Shown: piece by piece, positions 46,306 to 55,915 of the stretch
Layout of the letters: each line of letters opens with the position of its first letter
Numbering within the stretch: the first letter of the stretch is position 1
Origin: a virus
Lineage: Duplodnaviria > Caudoviricetes
Virus record (IMG/VR): IMGVR_UViG_3300028591_000087
Coordinates: 96,001 to 160,000 of that record
Direction: 5' to 3' (one strand)
DNA: 64,000 bases
Notes under the pieces: generated by a model
Told to the model about the DNA's origin: nothing
Database searches by the model: none
What the model saw: the letters and a program-made list of their open reading frames with translations, nothing else
Program-made: the position numbers and the translations under genes

Positions 46306-47292
46306 TTACTTGTTTAGAACTCGCAGTTCTTGTATAATCAGCCAAACCTTTTCTGCATCAGCTTCAGTTGTGTCTTTGAACTGCTTACCAACTCCAAGAT
46401 ATTCAGAAACAATCTTGGAAATTTTTAATCTATTTCCTGGATCTTTTGCCATCAATTCTCCGAATAATACTTCGGCTTCTGACTTCATGTCAGCGAATTT
46501 CGGCATATCCAGCTCATGTTCTTTATATTCATTCTGTCGTTCATTAGTAACGAACTTGTTATCGTGTTCTTTTGCTTCCTGGTCAATAGCATCGCCAATT
46601 GCATTTACAAGGTTATCATATGTAAACACAATACTGGATGGAATGTACTTGAAACGTGAGCCCGCGACAAACCTAGGGGTGCCACGCAAGAATAGTCTTG
46701 TTTCAAGTTCACCAGTTTCTTTGCTAACAACAGGTTGCGCAAGACCGATAATGTCACAAGTACGTTCGCAAATCTTACGACCACGCTTATCGAGAGTTGG
46801 CTCGATGCGACTATACTCTTCGCCCTGCTCGTTCTTTTCAGTACGTTCAGTGCTATGAGAAATCAATACAAGACCATAATCCAGCTGAATGATTTTACGA
46901 AGGCAGGTATCAAATTCTTTCTCGACAAGACCATAGCCTTTACCATAGCCAATATCGCTGATATTATCAACACCTTCGTCATTGCAAATATAATCAGTGC
47001 AATAATCATATGCAATATCCGCAGTATCAATAATTACTGTCTGGAACACCTGCTTTGTTTCTTCTTCTTTTAACTCAACCAATAATCTGCGAAATTCATT
47101 CCAACTATTGATTGGCTGAGCCATAACACCAGGGAGAGCGCTGTATCCTTTTTCAAAAGCGAAGAGCACAGCGCCAGGAAATTTTGATGCAATCGTAGTC
47201 TTACCGGATTTAGGCGTGCCGTAGAACAGCACGCTATATCCACGAAGGTCACGACTTACAACATGAGGTTTGAGACTAGTCAATACACCCAT
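46306..47292 (-). CDS. AAA_24 / Sak4-like ATPase (single-strand annealing protein)
   Basis: YGTPKSGKTT, VIIDT, GYGKGY and LISH motifs; adjacent to the SSB-like gene. Confidence 0.75.
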   Translation of the reverse strand: MGVLTSLKPHVVSRDLRGYSVLFYGTPKSGKTTIASKFPGAVLFAFEKGYSALPGVMAQPINSWNEFRRLLVELKEEETKQVFQTVIIDTADIAYDYCTDYICNDEGVDNISDIGYGKGYGLVEKEFDTCLRKIIQLDYGLVLISHSTERTEKNEQGEEYSRIEPTLDKRGRKICERTCDIIGLAQPVVSKETGELETRLFLRGTPRFVAGSRFKYIPSSIVFTYDNLVNAIGDAIDQEAKEHDNKFVTNERQNEYKEHELDMPKFADMKSEAEVLFGELMAKDPGNRLKISKIVSEYLGVGKQFKDTTEADAEKVWLIIQELRVLNK

Positions 47293-47308
47293 TTATCGTG
47301 TCCTCCTA

Positions 47309-48253
47309 TTAAAAGTCGTAGGTATCGCCTTTGCTGGCAGTTACTGCGGCTGCACTTGATCCACCTTTGCTGTTTTCATAATCAACACGACGCTGTTTGA
47401 GATCAGCAAGATAGATTTCACGATCAGCCATCATCTTAGAGAGTTCAGCCTTCGTAAGAGTGCTTTCATCATCAAATTCGTAAGGCTCTTTAGAACAACC
47501 AGTGATAACGAACTCACGAGTCGTATTCTGACGCTCGCGCACTTCATCTTCACCAAATGCAGATTCTGTTACAGTCTTAACAACAACAGTTCTGCTCAAC
47601 TGACGACCCCAAACAGTCGTGAAAATAGGATCCTTGGGAGAAGCTTCCAGACTCTGGAAATACTTCATACCGCCGGCACCGCGCACAACAAATTCAACCG
47701 GCATAACCTGCTTGCGGAAATCCTGGAAAATTGCACCTTTCACCTTAACGTGAGCTTCAATATTCTTGTCAGGATCAGCTTCAACATCTTTTACGTTGGT
47801 GATAACCATATCGGTCTTGAAAGTATTGCGCTGTTTCTCATCTTCATTGAGAGTAGTCACAATATGAATAAATCCACCTTCATTACGAGTTACAGAAGTA
47901 GGCTTCTCGTCAGTGATCTGCGGGAACCACTCATTTAACTCAAGAGCAGAATCACAACGAAGTTTCATTGCCTTATCCTGCCCAACATTCAATACAGTGG
48001 GATTTTCATCAATAATCTTACTGAGGATCGGGAAACGACTATTCGCACCGCCAGACTTTGCGAATACTGCAGTTTCATATGTATAATGGATCTTTACTAC
48101 ATTCTCCATCTTTTCATCAGTGGCGATCATAATCTCGCCAGCAATGTACTCAGTGCCCGGCGTCTTGGAGTTTGCGCCAGTCAACTTCTTTTCCAACTTG
48201 TGGTCGTAAAGATAGCCCTCAATGTGTGATTCATTAATAAACTTTTTCTTCAT
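47309..48253 (-). CDS. Putative single-stranded DNA-binding protein
   Basis: OB-like beta pattern, acidic-aromatic C-terminus DTYDF, next to the Sak4-like gene. Confidence 0.55.
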   Translation of the reverse strand: MKKKFINESHIEGYLYDHKLEKKLTGANSKTPGTEYIAGEIMIATDEKMENVVKIHYTYETAVFAKSGGANSRFPILSKIIDENPTVLNVGQDKAMKLRCDSALELNEWFPQITDEKPTSVTRNEGGFIHIVTTLNEDEKQRNTFKTDMVITNVKDVEADPDKNIEAHVKVKGAIFQDFRKQVMPVEFVVRGAGGMKYFQSLEASPKDPIFTTVWGRQLSRTVVVKTVTESAFGEDEVRERQNTTREFVITGCSKEPYEFDDESTLTKAELSKMMADREIYLADLKQRRVDYENSKGGSSAAAVTASKGDTYDF

Positions 48254-48603
48254 TACTCTTGTTCTCCTTCAAAATTTACACTTTTTCCTTTTTCGGTAAT
48301 CATATAAACTACTGGGTCTTTACCAACCTTTTCTACATAGCCATCTGTTACCAATTTACGCATTGCACCAGAAACACCTTTTGAAGTTAATCCCATATTC
48401 TCCGCAATATCTCTGGCTTTATACATTGCAACCGGAGCTGTTTGAAGATAACTCAAAATTTTTCCGCCGTTTTCTGTGAAAAGAGGTTTCTCAATACTTT
48501 CTGTGTTTCGCAATGCGTCAACATACATTTTTACATTTGACGGGATCTCTTGATTTGCCGTCAATTTGTCCCAATATTCTAGGAACTCTTCTTGTTTTGT
48601 CAT
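48253..48603 (-). CDS. Winged-helix DNA-binding protein
   Basis: KARDIAENMGLTSKGVSGAMRKLVTDGYVEKVG..YMITEKG. Confidence 0.75.
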   Translation of the reverse strand: MTKQEEFLEYWDKLTANQEIPSNVKMYVDALRNTESIEKPLFTENGGKILSYLQTAPVAMYKARDIAENMGLTSKGVSGAMRKLVTDGYVEKVGKDPVVYMITEKGKSVNFEGEQE

Positions 48604-48624
48604 GTAGTAATGATCCTTTCCTCA

Positions 48625-48665
48625 TTTTCTACATATATAATATCAAATTTTTTCTTTTTCGTCAA
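48625..48665 (-). promoter_or_regulatory. SigmaA-type promoter
   Basis: TTGACG...TGATATTAT-ATATGTAGAAAATGAG. Confidence 0.7.
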
Positions 48666-49437
48666 TTTCATCTATAAAGATCAATTCTTGAGCATATGGC
48701 AATGTGCGTGCCCAAGAGATAAAATTTGGATTAGCATCGTTATCTTGTCCGGACCATTCATTTAGTTTATGAAATCTACGTTGACTTTTACTGCATATAG
48801 CAAGTAAGTTTTCATAATTCATAGTGACTGTACGTTTCTGCAACCAAGATTCAGGCAACATACGGACCAGTTCTTTCCAAAATGCCTTCTTTAGTTCCGG
48901 ATTTTCAGTTTTAAGAACCATTTGCCGCAAATCTTCCAGCTTAGTAACCAATAGTTCCCAAAAAGAATCCATATGCCAATGCGCAACAAATCCACTTTCT
49001 TTGCCGGCTTCGGTAAGCTCAGATTGATCTACATTATCAACTGAAAGGTCGGGATTAAAATCGTCAATATCAAAACAATCCATAGTAATTGGTGCAGATG
49101 TTAGCTTATGCATTGTGCTCGTACTATTGGCAACTGTTCCAACTTTATAAGTATCAAATTCTTTCCACCAATATAGTGGAGCAGTAATATCAACAGATAC
49201 AAAGATTTGTCTCATAAATTTACGATGTTCTGGTCCACTTTTGATAAGAGTCTGCATAAGTTTCATATCTTTTGGACCAATAATAAATTCTTTAGAATAA
49301 GCATACATAATACCTTCAGGAGTATGATGGGATTTACCTTCCCAATGACTATCACTTAAAGCCCAGCTATTTTTGGGGTTACGCATACCACGAATTGCAT
49401 GTTCAAAACCCCATACATCAGTATTTTCAAATTTCAT
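48643..49437 (-). CDS. Phage protein, possibly ThyX-like fold
   Basis: HRKFMRQI.VSVDITAPLYWWKEFDTYKVG..STSTMH..LPES; the canonical ThyX RHR motif is absent. Confidence 0.45.
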   Translation of the reverse strand: MKFENTDVWGFEHAIRGMRNPKNSWALSDSHWEGKSHHTPEGIMYAYSKEFIIGPKDMKLMQTLIKSGPEHRKFMRQIFVSVDITAPLYWWKEFDTYKVGTVANSTSTMHKLTSAPITMDCFDIDDFNPDLSVDNVDQSELTEAGKESGFVAHWHMDSFWELLVTKLEDLRQMVLKTENPELKKAFWKELVRMLPESWLQKRTVTMNYENLLAICSKSQRRFHKLNEWSGQDNDANPNFISWARTLPYAQELIFIDEIDEKEKI

Positions 49438-50429
49438 TTTATACTATACCCATATTCTTTGGCTTTATAAAAATCTTGCCAAAAGTCCTCTCGTTCATTT
49501 AATTTGCTTTGATCACATTCTTCAATAATTTCAAATGTGAAATTTTCTATACCTTCTTTATACATTGCTGGATATAATTTATTTTGTGTGCGGGGTTCCG
49601 CATTTAATGCTCGTTTAATGTGCTATTTCCATCGTTCAGCAATGTCAACAGCCTATCCTACATAGCACATTTGCGTGTTGGTATTTGTAATTTTATATAT
49701 ACCGGTCCTTCTTTTGCTGCCAACAACACGACCGCATAAGTCTGATACAAGCTTTTCGTAATATACCTTCCAGATAACTTTTGCAATAGCAGATCCGGCC
49801 TCATCTGAAATAAATCCAAGAACATCTTCAATTCTGCGTATGTCGGCTTTTGCGGAATCTCCAAGTTCAATAGAGTGGTATCTGTCAAAATCATCTTCTT
49901 CAGCATGTTTTTTCGCTACCTATGTCGCCGCTGCGACCTTAGCTCTTAAATCTGTAATTCTCTCAGTTAGCTCTTGCGCAACGTCTAATTTTTTCTTATT
50001 TTCTTCACGGAATTGATCTACAAAATCTTCTTGCATACTGATATATTCAGCTTGACGTTCATTAAGCCATTCTTTGCGCTCAGCCATGTATTTTTTCTTA
50101 TATTCATCTTCAACTGTTTGATATAAAGATTTTAATTTTTCAACATTTTCAGTCCGAGTCGCTATATCATTATTCAATTCTTTTTTCTGATTATTTAATC
50201 CGTCAATAATCGCTTGATCTTCGGCTATTGTAGTTTCTAAATCTGAAACACGATTCTACATAGACTATAATGTTGATTCAAATGCTTCAATTTTAGTCTA
50301 TGTATGTTCAGCCTAGATTTCTAATTCTTGTAATACTCGGCGTTTTTTTGCTACCTTGTTATCTATCCAGAAAAACAACCCAGCAAGTAGACAACCAATA
50401 ACTATGCTAATTATTATAAGTATTGGCAT
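49434..50429 (-). CDS. Membrane-anchored coiled-coil GIY-YIG endonuclease, 331 aa with seven TAG=Gln
   Basis: AGGTGA RBS; MPILIIISIVIGCLLAGLFFW TM; long coiled coil; GIYKITN..CYVG(Q)AVDIAERWK(Q)H..FTFEIIEE..LNERE; ATGA overlap with the next gene. Confidence 0.85.
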
Positions 50430-50446
50430 ATTATCACCTATTTTAG

Positions 50447-50477
50447 GAAAGGGGGTTGATTTTACTCAACCCCCTTA
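50447..50477 (-). terminator. Intrinsic terminator
   Basis: AAGGGGGTTGA-loop-TCAACCCCCTT. Confidence 0.75.
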
Positions 50478-50499
50478 TATTTACCTGTCTGGGACTTAA

Positions 50500-50778
50500 T
50501 TACTCAGCATCCGGATCAGCATTCACATCAACGGCGTAGCCAGCATCAGTGAGCTTGAGGAACTTAACCTTCTTATGGGTGCCATCGGCGAGTTCGATTT
50601 CGGCTTCTTCACGAACGCCAAATTTCTTGCGCTGAATTGCAGAAGTGAAGATACCATCAACACTGCGCTTTTCAAGACCGAGAGCATCTGCCACATCCTG
50701 TGCGGTTACGTTGTCAGTTGCATTCAAACCCTGCAGATAAGTAATTACCTTTTTTGTGTTTTCTTTCATTGCTGCCAT
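50500..50778 (-). CDS. Small winged-helix DNA-binding protein
   Basis: VTAQDVADALGLEKRSVDG..LKLTDAG; own promoter, AAGGAG RBS and terminator. Confidence 0.7.
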   Translation of the reverse strand: MAAMKENTKKVITYLQGLNATDNVTAQDVADALGLEKRSVDGIFTSAIQRKKFGVREEAEIELADGTHKKVKFLKLTDAGYAVDVNADPDAE

Positions 50779-50865
50779 AATACTTTTTCTCCTTTGCGCT
50801 TATAGCGTCTTACTAAAATAATTTTTTGTATATAATAATCTGAAGGATTTGCCTATCAGTTATTA

Positions 50866-50903
50866 TCTATACAGATTATACCATAAATTTTTTTCAAGAT
50901 CAA
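50866..50903 (-). promoter_or_regulatory. SigmaA-type promoter
   Basis: TTGATC...TGGTATAAT. Confidence 0.65.
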
Positions 50904-51100
50904 ATATTTTTTTCTTTTAGATAATCTTGAATCAATTCATCAAGTGCTATCATCTCTTGGAAGTCTAATTCTTGTGCTTGCTGTGTTTGCATCATGCGAT
51001 TCTTCGCTTCGTTTACTTCATTATGATCAGTACTTGTCTGGATGGTATATTCCAGATCAGCAATTTTTTTAGCTAATTGCTTAAGCTGTTTCTTAGTCAT
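50900..51100 (-). CDS. Hypothetical protein
   Basis: Own promoter and AAGGA RBS. Confidence 0.7.
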   Translation of the reverse strand: MTKKQLKQLAKKIADLEYTIQTSTDHNEVNEAKNRMMQTQQAQELDFQEMIALDELIQDYLKEKNI

Positions 51101-51121
51101 AAGATATTTTTCCTTTTCTTT

Positions 51122-51163
51122 ATCTTACATACATATTATATAAAAAATTTTTATGAAAATCAA
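51122..51163 (-). promoter_or_regulatory. SigmaA-type promoter
   Basis: TTGATT...TATAAT-ATGTATGTAAG. Confidence 0.65.
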
Positions 51164-51175
51164 CTAGGCTGTGCA

Positions 51176-52387
51176 TCAACCGAATATAGAAGTTAGCGTG
51201 CATTCCTTAGGATCTTTATCATCTCGAACACGCTTGAAGTAGAAGTGTCTGAGTGTATGATCTTCTTTGTGCTTCTCCATTCCCGCAAGTTCAACCACTT
51301 TATAAATATACTTGAATGGCTCTTCTTTAAGTTCCTCTTGCATTTTTTCGGTTAAGCCAGAAGATATAGTACCAATTTCAACTACCATATTATTTTCGTC
51401 ATATGCGCCAATGCGGATTGCTGTTGGCCACCCATAATAATAGGCTTTTGTTACTGGCATTACTTCATGTTCTAAATCTTTATAAACTGCACGTTTGTCA
51501 ATAGGAACTCGACGTTCGCTTATCAACTCTCTTGGCGCACCATTATCAGAGAATGGAGAATATTCTTCAATAACCCAATAAGGCCAAGACAACGCTGGAT
51601 TACTCATAGATTCAGTCAATGCTTCATCTATACGTCCATTCTCATCAAGAGCAGTATAGTTTGGTCCAATATTTAATTTACCAGAATAATACTTGGTAGG
51701 TTCACAGGTACCAATACAAATTGCATCACAAGAATCAGTTTTCTTTACTTTGATCGTGTCCCAAACTGGACGCTTACCAGGTGCATAATGCGCAGTTCTT
51801 TTCTTTAGAACCATGCCTTCTTCACCATTCTCAAGAGCAGAGATACAGGCATCTTGAATGTTTTCTTCTACACAACCTGCAAGTTCCATAAACGGATATG
51901 CGCATAAGTTATATTTCTTTACTATTGCTTCAAGAATCTTGTATCTATTATACGCACCAACTTCAATCAAAGACATTCCATTAAAGTAGATACAATCATG
52001 CATATAATAGTGCAATAGTCCATAGCCTTGCTGTTGACGCTCTATTGCTTTATCAGGAAGTGATCCCATAATAGGAGTTACATCTTTTGATTCTTTGCCC
52101 GGATAATAAATTTCACCGATAATGATGGTACCCGCGGGCAAAACATTCAAAACGTTCATAATATGTGGAACATTTGCGCCCTTTTCCGCAAGTATACCAG
52201 TTTTCTTAGAAACAGTTCTACTCCATAAATATGAAGCATCATCTGTTTTTTCAAATTGATACCAATAACCATCCTTTTTTAATTGTGCAAAGTAATCACC
52301 AGATGCACAAATAGAGGGAAAGAGATCTTCTTTTCCCTCGGGAATCTTATTGATTTTCATAGGTTCTATACAAAATGGCTTACTCAT
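51176..52387 (-). CDS. ATP-dependent DNA ligase
   Basis: QLKKDG (motif I), IIGEI, YMHD, EGMVLK, KVKK, GTISSGL, LRH..F.RVRDDK. Confidence 0.88.
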   Translation of the reverse strand: MSKPFCIEPMKINKIPEGKEDLFPSICASGDYFAQLKKDGYWYQFEKTDDASYLWSRTVSKKTGILAEKGANVPHIMNVLNVLPAGTIIIGEIYYPGKESKDVTPIMGSLPDKAIERQQQGYGLLHYYMHDCIYFNGMSLIEVGAYNRYKILEAIVKKYNLCAYPFMELAGCVEENIQDACISALENGEEGMVLKKRTAHYAPGKRPVWDTIKVKKTDSCDAICIGTCEPTKYYSGKLNIGPNYTALDENGRIDEALTESMSNPALSWPYWVIEEYSPFSDNGAPRELISERRVPIDKRAVYKDLEHEVMPVTKAYYYGWPTAIRIGAYDENNMVVEIGTISSGLTEKMQEELKEEPFKYIYKVVELAGMEKHKEDHTLRHFYFKRVRDDKDPKECTLTSIFG

Positions 52388-52388
52388 C

Positions 52389-54794
52389 TTATACCCTCAC
52401 TGCACTCACTAAGCTATTATCTTTAATCAACTTAATCGTTGAACTTGTTCTTGATCCAAGAGAAATGTCAGACACATTTACACATATAGATCCAGTGTTT
52501 CCGCACAGAAGAAGGCTTCCAGTGCTTTCAAGCCCACCGACGCCCGTGACGATCTTGCCTGAGTGATTAACTTTAAGGCCCTTACCAGATCTATTCTGCT
52601 TAGTGAATTCATTAACCATAACTCTCTTCCCTGTTCCGTCGCTACAGCCAATGAAAACCTGCCCGATGGCATCCTTGCTATTACTGTTCCCATCTTGTCC
52701 GAGACTGATACCCACGGTTGCTTCATCGTTATCCGCAAGTCTGATTCCTTGAACTCCAACAGAACATCTTCCAGTTGCTCCAACTGTCGCTCCATCAAAT
52801 CGAATCCCCATACCTTCCTTAGTTAAAATCAAAATGTCTGTGTTTGATCCGACCCATACTCCAATAATAGAGTCATCTTCTCTAAGCTTGATCGCTTGAA
52901 CTCCACCTTTACGTTTTGTACCCACGTATTCGGATACCAGCGTCTTCTTGACCAAACCTCGCTTAGTAACGAACCACACATACTGTCCAGCATTTTCTGT
53001 CCTCTCGGCTGAGGTAATTGCTACCACTTGTTCCGCAGGTGCCATCTCCACTAACGTAGAAATCGCTGTTCCACGGGAAGTTTGTGTTCCTTCCGGAATT
53101 GTGTCGACACCAACTCGGTAAACTTTACCTTGTGTAGTGAAGGCGAGTAATACATCTACCGTATTAGTCTCAATTGTAGCTAAGGTGATATCATCCTGTG
53201 TCTTTACTCCCTTACCATTACGTTTCTGAACTTTGAACTGTTTTTTCGGTATGCGCTTAATATTACCAGCTTCTGTTGCTACAATCACAACATCTTCCGG
53301 CACTATTTGCGCAACCTCTTTTTCTTCTTTTGTGACTTCAATATTAGTTACAGTAGTTCTACGTTCGTCACCAAACTTATTCTTAAATGCTTCAAGTTCT
53401 GCAATAAGATCTTTTTTAAAGACTTCTTCATCACTCAAACGAGTAACTATTAAAGCCTTTTCCGCATTTTTATCTTTTCTCTCTTGTTCAATAGCCAATT
53501 TCTCCATATTGGCTAATCTACTTAAAGTCATCGCAAGAATTGCTTCTGCTTGTTCATCAGTGAAATAATATCTCTTTTTTAACTGAACGTGCGCTTCTGC
53601 TTTATTCTTAGATCCTTTAATTAATTTAATGACATTATCAATATCATCAAGTGCCATACATAGACCATCAAGAATATGAATACGTTGTTCCAATTTCTTT
53701 AGATCATATTCATTTTTTCTGCGGAATACATCTTCTTGATGCTCTACATAGTATTTTATGATATCAACCAATGTTAATTGTTTCGGCACTTTATTCACAA
53801 GTGCTACCATATTAACACTAAATGTAGTTTCCAGATCAGTTAATGCATATAATTTATTAGCAATTACATCTGCATTAACACCCTTTTCCAGTTCCACAAC
53901 GAACCGTAATCCTTCTCTATTTGATTCGTCAAGTATTTCTCTAATGCCATCCAATTGCTTGGTTTCACAGAGTTCATCAATTGTTGTAACCAACTGTTCT
54001 TTAGACACCTTATAGGGAATTGAATCGAATACCAGTCTATCACGTTTGTCTGGAGTGACATCGACATGATAAAGTCCTCGTACTCGCACACGACCTTTAC
54101 CGCTTGTATAGATATTTCTAAGTTCCTTTTCATTGATAATACAACCACCGGTGGGGAAATCTGGTGCCTGAAGTATCTCTGCAAGCGATACATTGTCCGT
54201 CGCAGTTCCCCTAATGTATGCGATAATTCCATCCATGACTTGTCGAAGATTATGAGGGGCAAAATTGCATGCCATTGCGACAGCAATCCCAGTTGTTCCA
54301 TTGCAGAGGAGATTTGGGAAAAGTCCTGGAAGATATACCGGTTCAGATCCAGTTTCGTCGAAGTTAGGGATCCAGTCAACAGTGTCTTTTTTGATGCCAT
54401 CAAGTGTTGCCTCACTTATTTTGCTTAATCTACATTCAGTATATCTCATCGCTGCGGGAGGATCTCCATCACGACTGCCGTTATTTCCATGGAACTCAAT
54501 GAGAGGGTACCGCATATTCCACGGTTGGCTTGACCCTACCAATGCGCCATATATTGAACTATCACCATGCGGATGATACTTACCCATTGTATCGCCAACA
54601 GGTCTCGCGCACTTAACATATTGTTTATCAGACTTATATCCACTTTCCTGCATACACCAGAGAATGCGTCGCATAACTGGCTTTAAACCATCTTCTACTG
54701 CGGGAATCGCACGATCTGTGATAACAGAAAGTGAATAATCAAGAAATGATTGTTCAACCTCTTGGACTATTGGGGCTTGAATAATATTATCCAC
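52389..54794 (-). CDS. gyrA: DNA gyrase/topoisomerase IV subunit A
   Basis: DGLKPV, YHPHGDSS, AAMRYTE and GyrA-box-like QKRNGKG; C-terminal beta-pinwheel repeats. Confidence 0.93.
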   Translation of the reverse strand: MDNIIQAPIVQEVEQSFLDYSLSVITDRAIPAVEDGLKPVMRRILWCMQESGYKSDKQYVKCARPVGDTMGKYHPHGDSSIYGALVGSSQPWNMRYPLIEFHGNNGSRDGDPPAAMRYTECRLSKISEATLDGIKKDTVDWIPNFDETGSEPVYLPGLFPNLLCNGTTGIAVAMACNFAPHNLRQVMDGIIAYIRGTATDNVSLAEILQAPDFPTGGCIINEKELRNIYTSGKGRVRVRGLYHVDVTPDKRDRLVFDSIPYKVSKEQLVTTIDELCETKQLDGIREILDESNREGLRFVVELEKGVNADVIANKLYALTDLETTFSVNMVALVNKVPKQLTLVDIIKYYVEHQEDVFRRKNEYDLKKLEQRIHILDGLCMALDDIDNVIKLIKGSKNKAEAHVQLKKRYYFTDEQAEAILAMTLSRLANMEKLAIEQERKDKNAEKALIVTRLSDEEVFKKDLIAELEAFKNKFGDERRTTVTNIEVTKEEKEVAQIVPEDVVIVATEAGNIKRIPKKQFKVQKRNGKGVKTQDDITLATIETNTVDVLLAFTTQGKVYRVGVDTIPEGTQTSRGTAISTLVEMAPAEQVVAITSAERTENAGQYVWFVTKRGLVKKTLVSEYVGTKRKGGVQAIKLREDDSIIGVWVGSNTDILILTKEGMGIRFDGATVGATGRCSVGVQGIRLADNDEATVGISLGQDGNSNSKDAIGQVFIGCSDGTGKRVMVNEFTKQNRSGKGLKVNHSGKIVTGVGGLESTGSLLLCGNTGSICVNVSDISLGSRTSSTIKLIKDNSLVSAVRV

Positions 54795-55353
54795 AGTTAC
54801 ACGCCTTTCTAATCCTTTTGATTGTTTCATCTACTGGATACTTTTTCATAGAGTAATCCAAAAGGATTTCACTTAATTCTATATTTATTTTATCATTTTT
54901 TTCATCTATTTTCAAATGAGTATCATTTGTAATGGCACCTGTTGCTAGCTTATCAGCAAGCTCATTATATGTATGCCCGCTATGACCCTTTACTTTATTG
55001 ATATAGACATAATTGTTTCTGAAATATGGAATTAAAAGTTCCCATATATCTTTATTTGCGACAGGTTCCTTTTTACTATTAATCCAACCACTATTTTCCC
55101 AATTTATATACCATTTATCAAAATAGCAATTACAAAAGTAAGCACTATCACTGTGTACAGTACAAACTTCTGATGGTTCATAGTCAGACCAAAATTTTAA
55201 TGCTTCTAAGGCTGCACGTAATTCCATACGCTGATTTGTTGCATTTGGCTCCGTACCATGGAGACGAGCAACTTCTTCACCATTATGTAGAACTATTACA
55301 CCCCATCCACTTCTGTTTTTAGTAGCAGAGCCATCTGTATATAAATCAATCAT
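54787..55353 (-). CDS. rnhA: Ribonuclease HI
   Basis: YTDGS, TNQRMEL, SDSAY, VKGHSG..NELADKLA. Confidence 0.93.
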   Translation of the reverse strand: MIDLYTDGSATKNRSGWGVIVLHNGEEVARLHGTEPNATNQRMELRAALEALKFWSDYEPSEVCTVHSDSAYFCNCYFDKWYINWENSGWINSKKEPVANKDIWELLIPYFRNNYVYINKVKGHSGHTYNELADKLATGAITNDTHLKIDEKNDKINIELSEILLDYSMKKYPVDETIKRIRKACNCG

Positions 55354-55915
55354 TTTCTACATCCTTATTTGCTTGATATATTTTTTGTATATATTTAGAT
55401 TTTAAAACTTGCTCTGGATCTTCGCCATGCTGAACTGCATTGTCTAAATCTGCGAAAATAATATCTAACATTATTTTATTCTGTGCGTGCATTGCGCATT
55501 TCTGACGTTTATTTGCCCACCATTTGCGTTCAGCTTGATAAGAAAATTTATCACCTAAATAAGCCCGAGCCGCACTAAGATAATCACAAATCATTTCTGT
55601 AAAATCTTTTTCTGGCATCAAACGAGGAATACCACCATCATCAAAATTATCCATCCAATATTCATAATGATGGGAATTTCTACCCTTATGATGCATCCAA
55701 GCATAAGAGATACCATTCTCTTTTTTCGCTTCATTGATAGGCGATCCAGTGCCAATCCAATAGCGTGCTGATTCAAAAAATTCGACAGGACTATACTTAC
55801 TAAGGTCATGAGTCAAACCACGCCATGGAATTCCCGCTAAAAAACAATAGTGTCTAACCCATTTGCGATGTGTCTGTATTGTTCGCAAATGATTCCACAT
55901 TTTTTTAAACGTCAA
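55346..55915 (-). CDS. HD-like / DUF5662-type protein
   Basis: HRKWV..HDLSK..HHKGRNSHHYEYW..EMICD. Confidence 0.6.
   Translation of the reverse strand: MTFKKMWNHLRTIQTHRKWVRHYCFLAGIPWRGLTHDLSKYSPVEFFESARYWIGTGSPINEAKKENGISYAWMHHKGRNSHHYEYWMDNFDDGGIPRLMPEKDFTEMICDYLSAARAYLGDKFSYQAERKWWANKRQKCAMHAQNKIMLDIIFADLDNAVQHGEDPEQVLKSKYIQKIYQANKDVEND

Noticed and set aside
49658-49906. 82-aa minus-strand track ORF
   Set aside because: Alternative frame inside the recoded GIY-YIG gene
49434-50429. GIY-YIG gene as a mobile homing endonuclease
   Set aside because: N-terminal TM and coiled coil with a C-terminal nuclease, no NUMOD/HTH tail, not inside an intron
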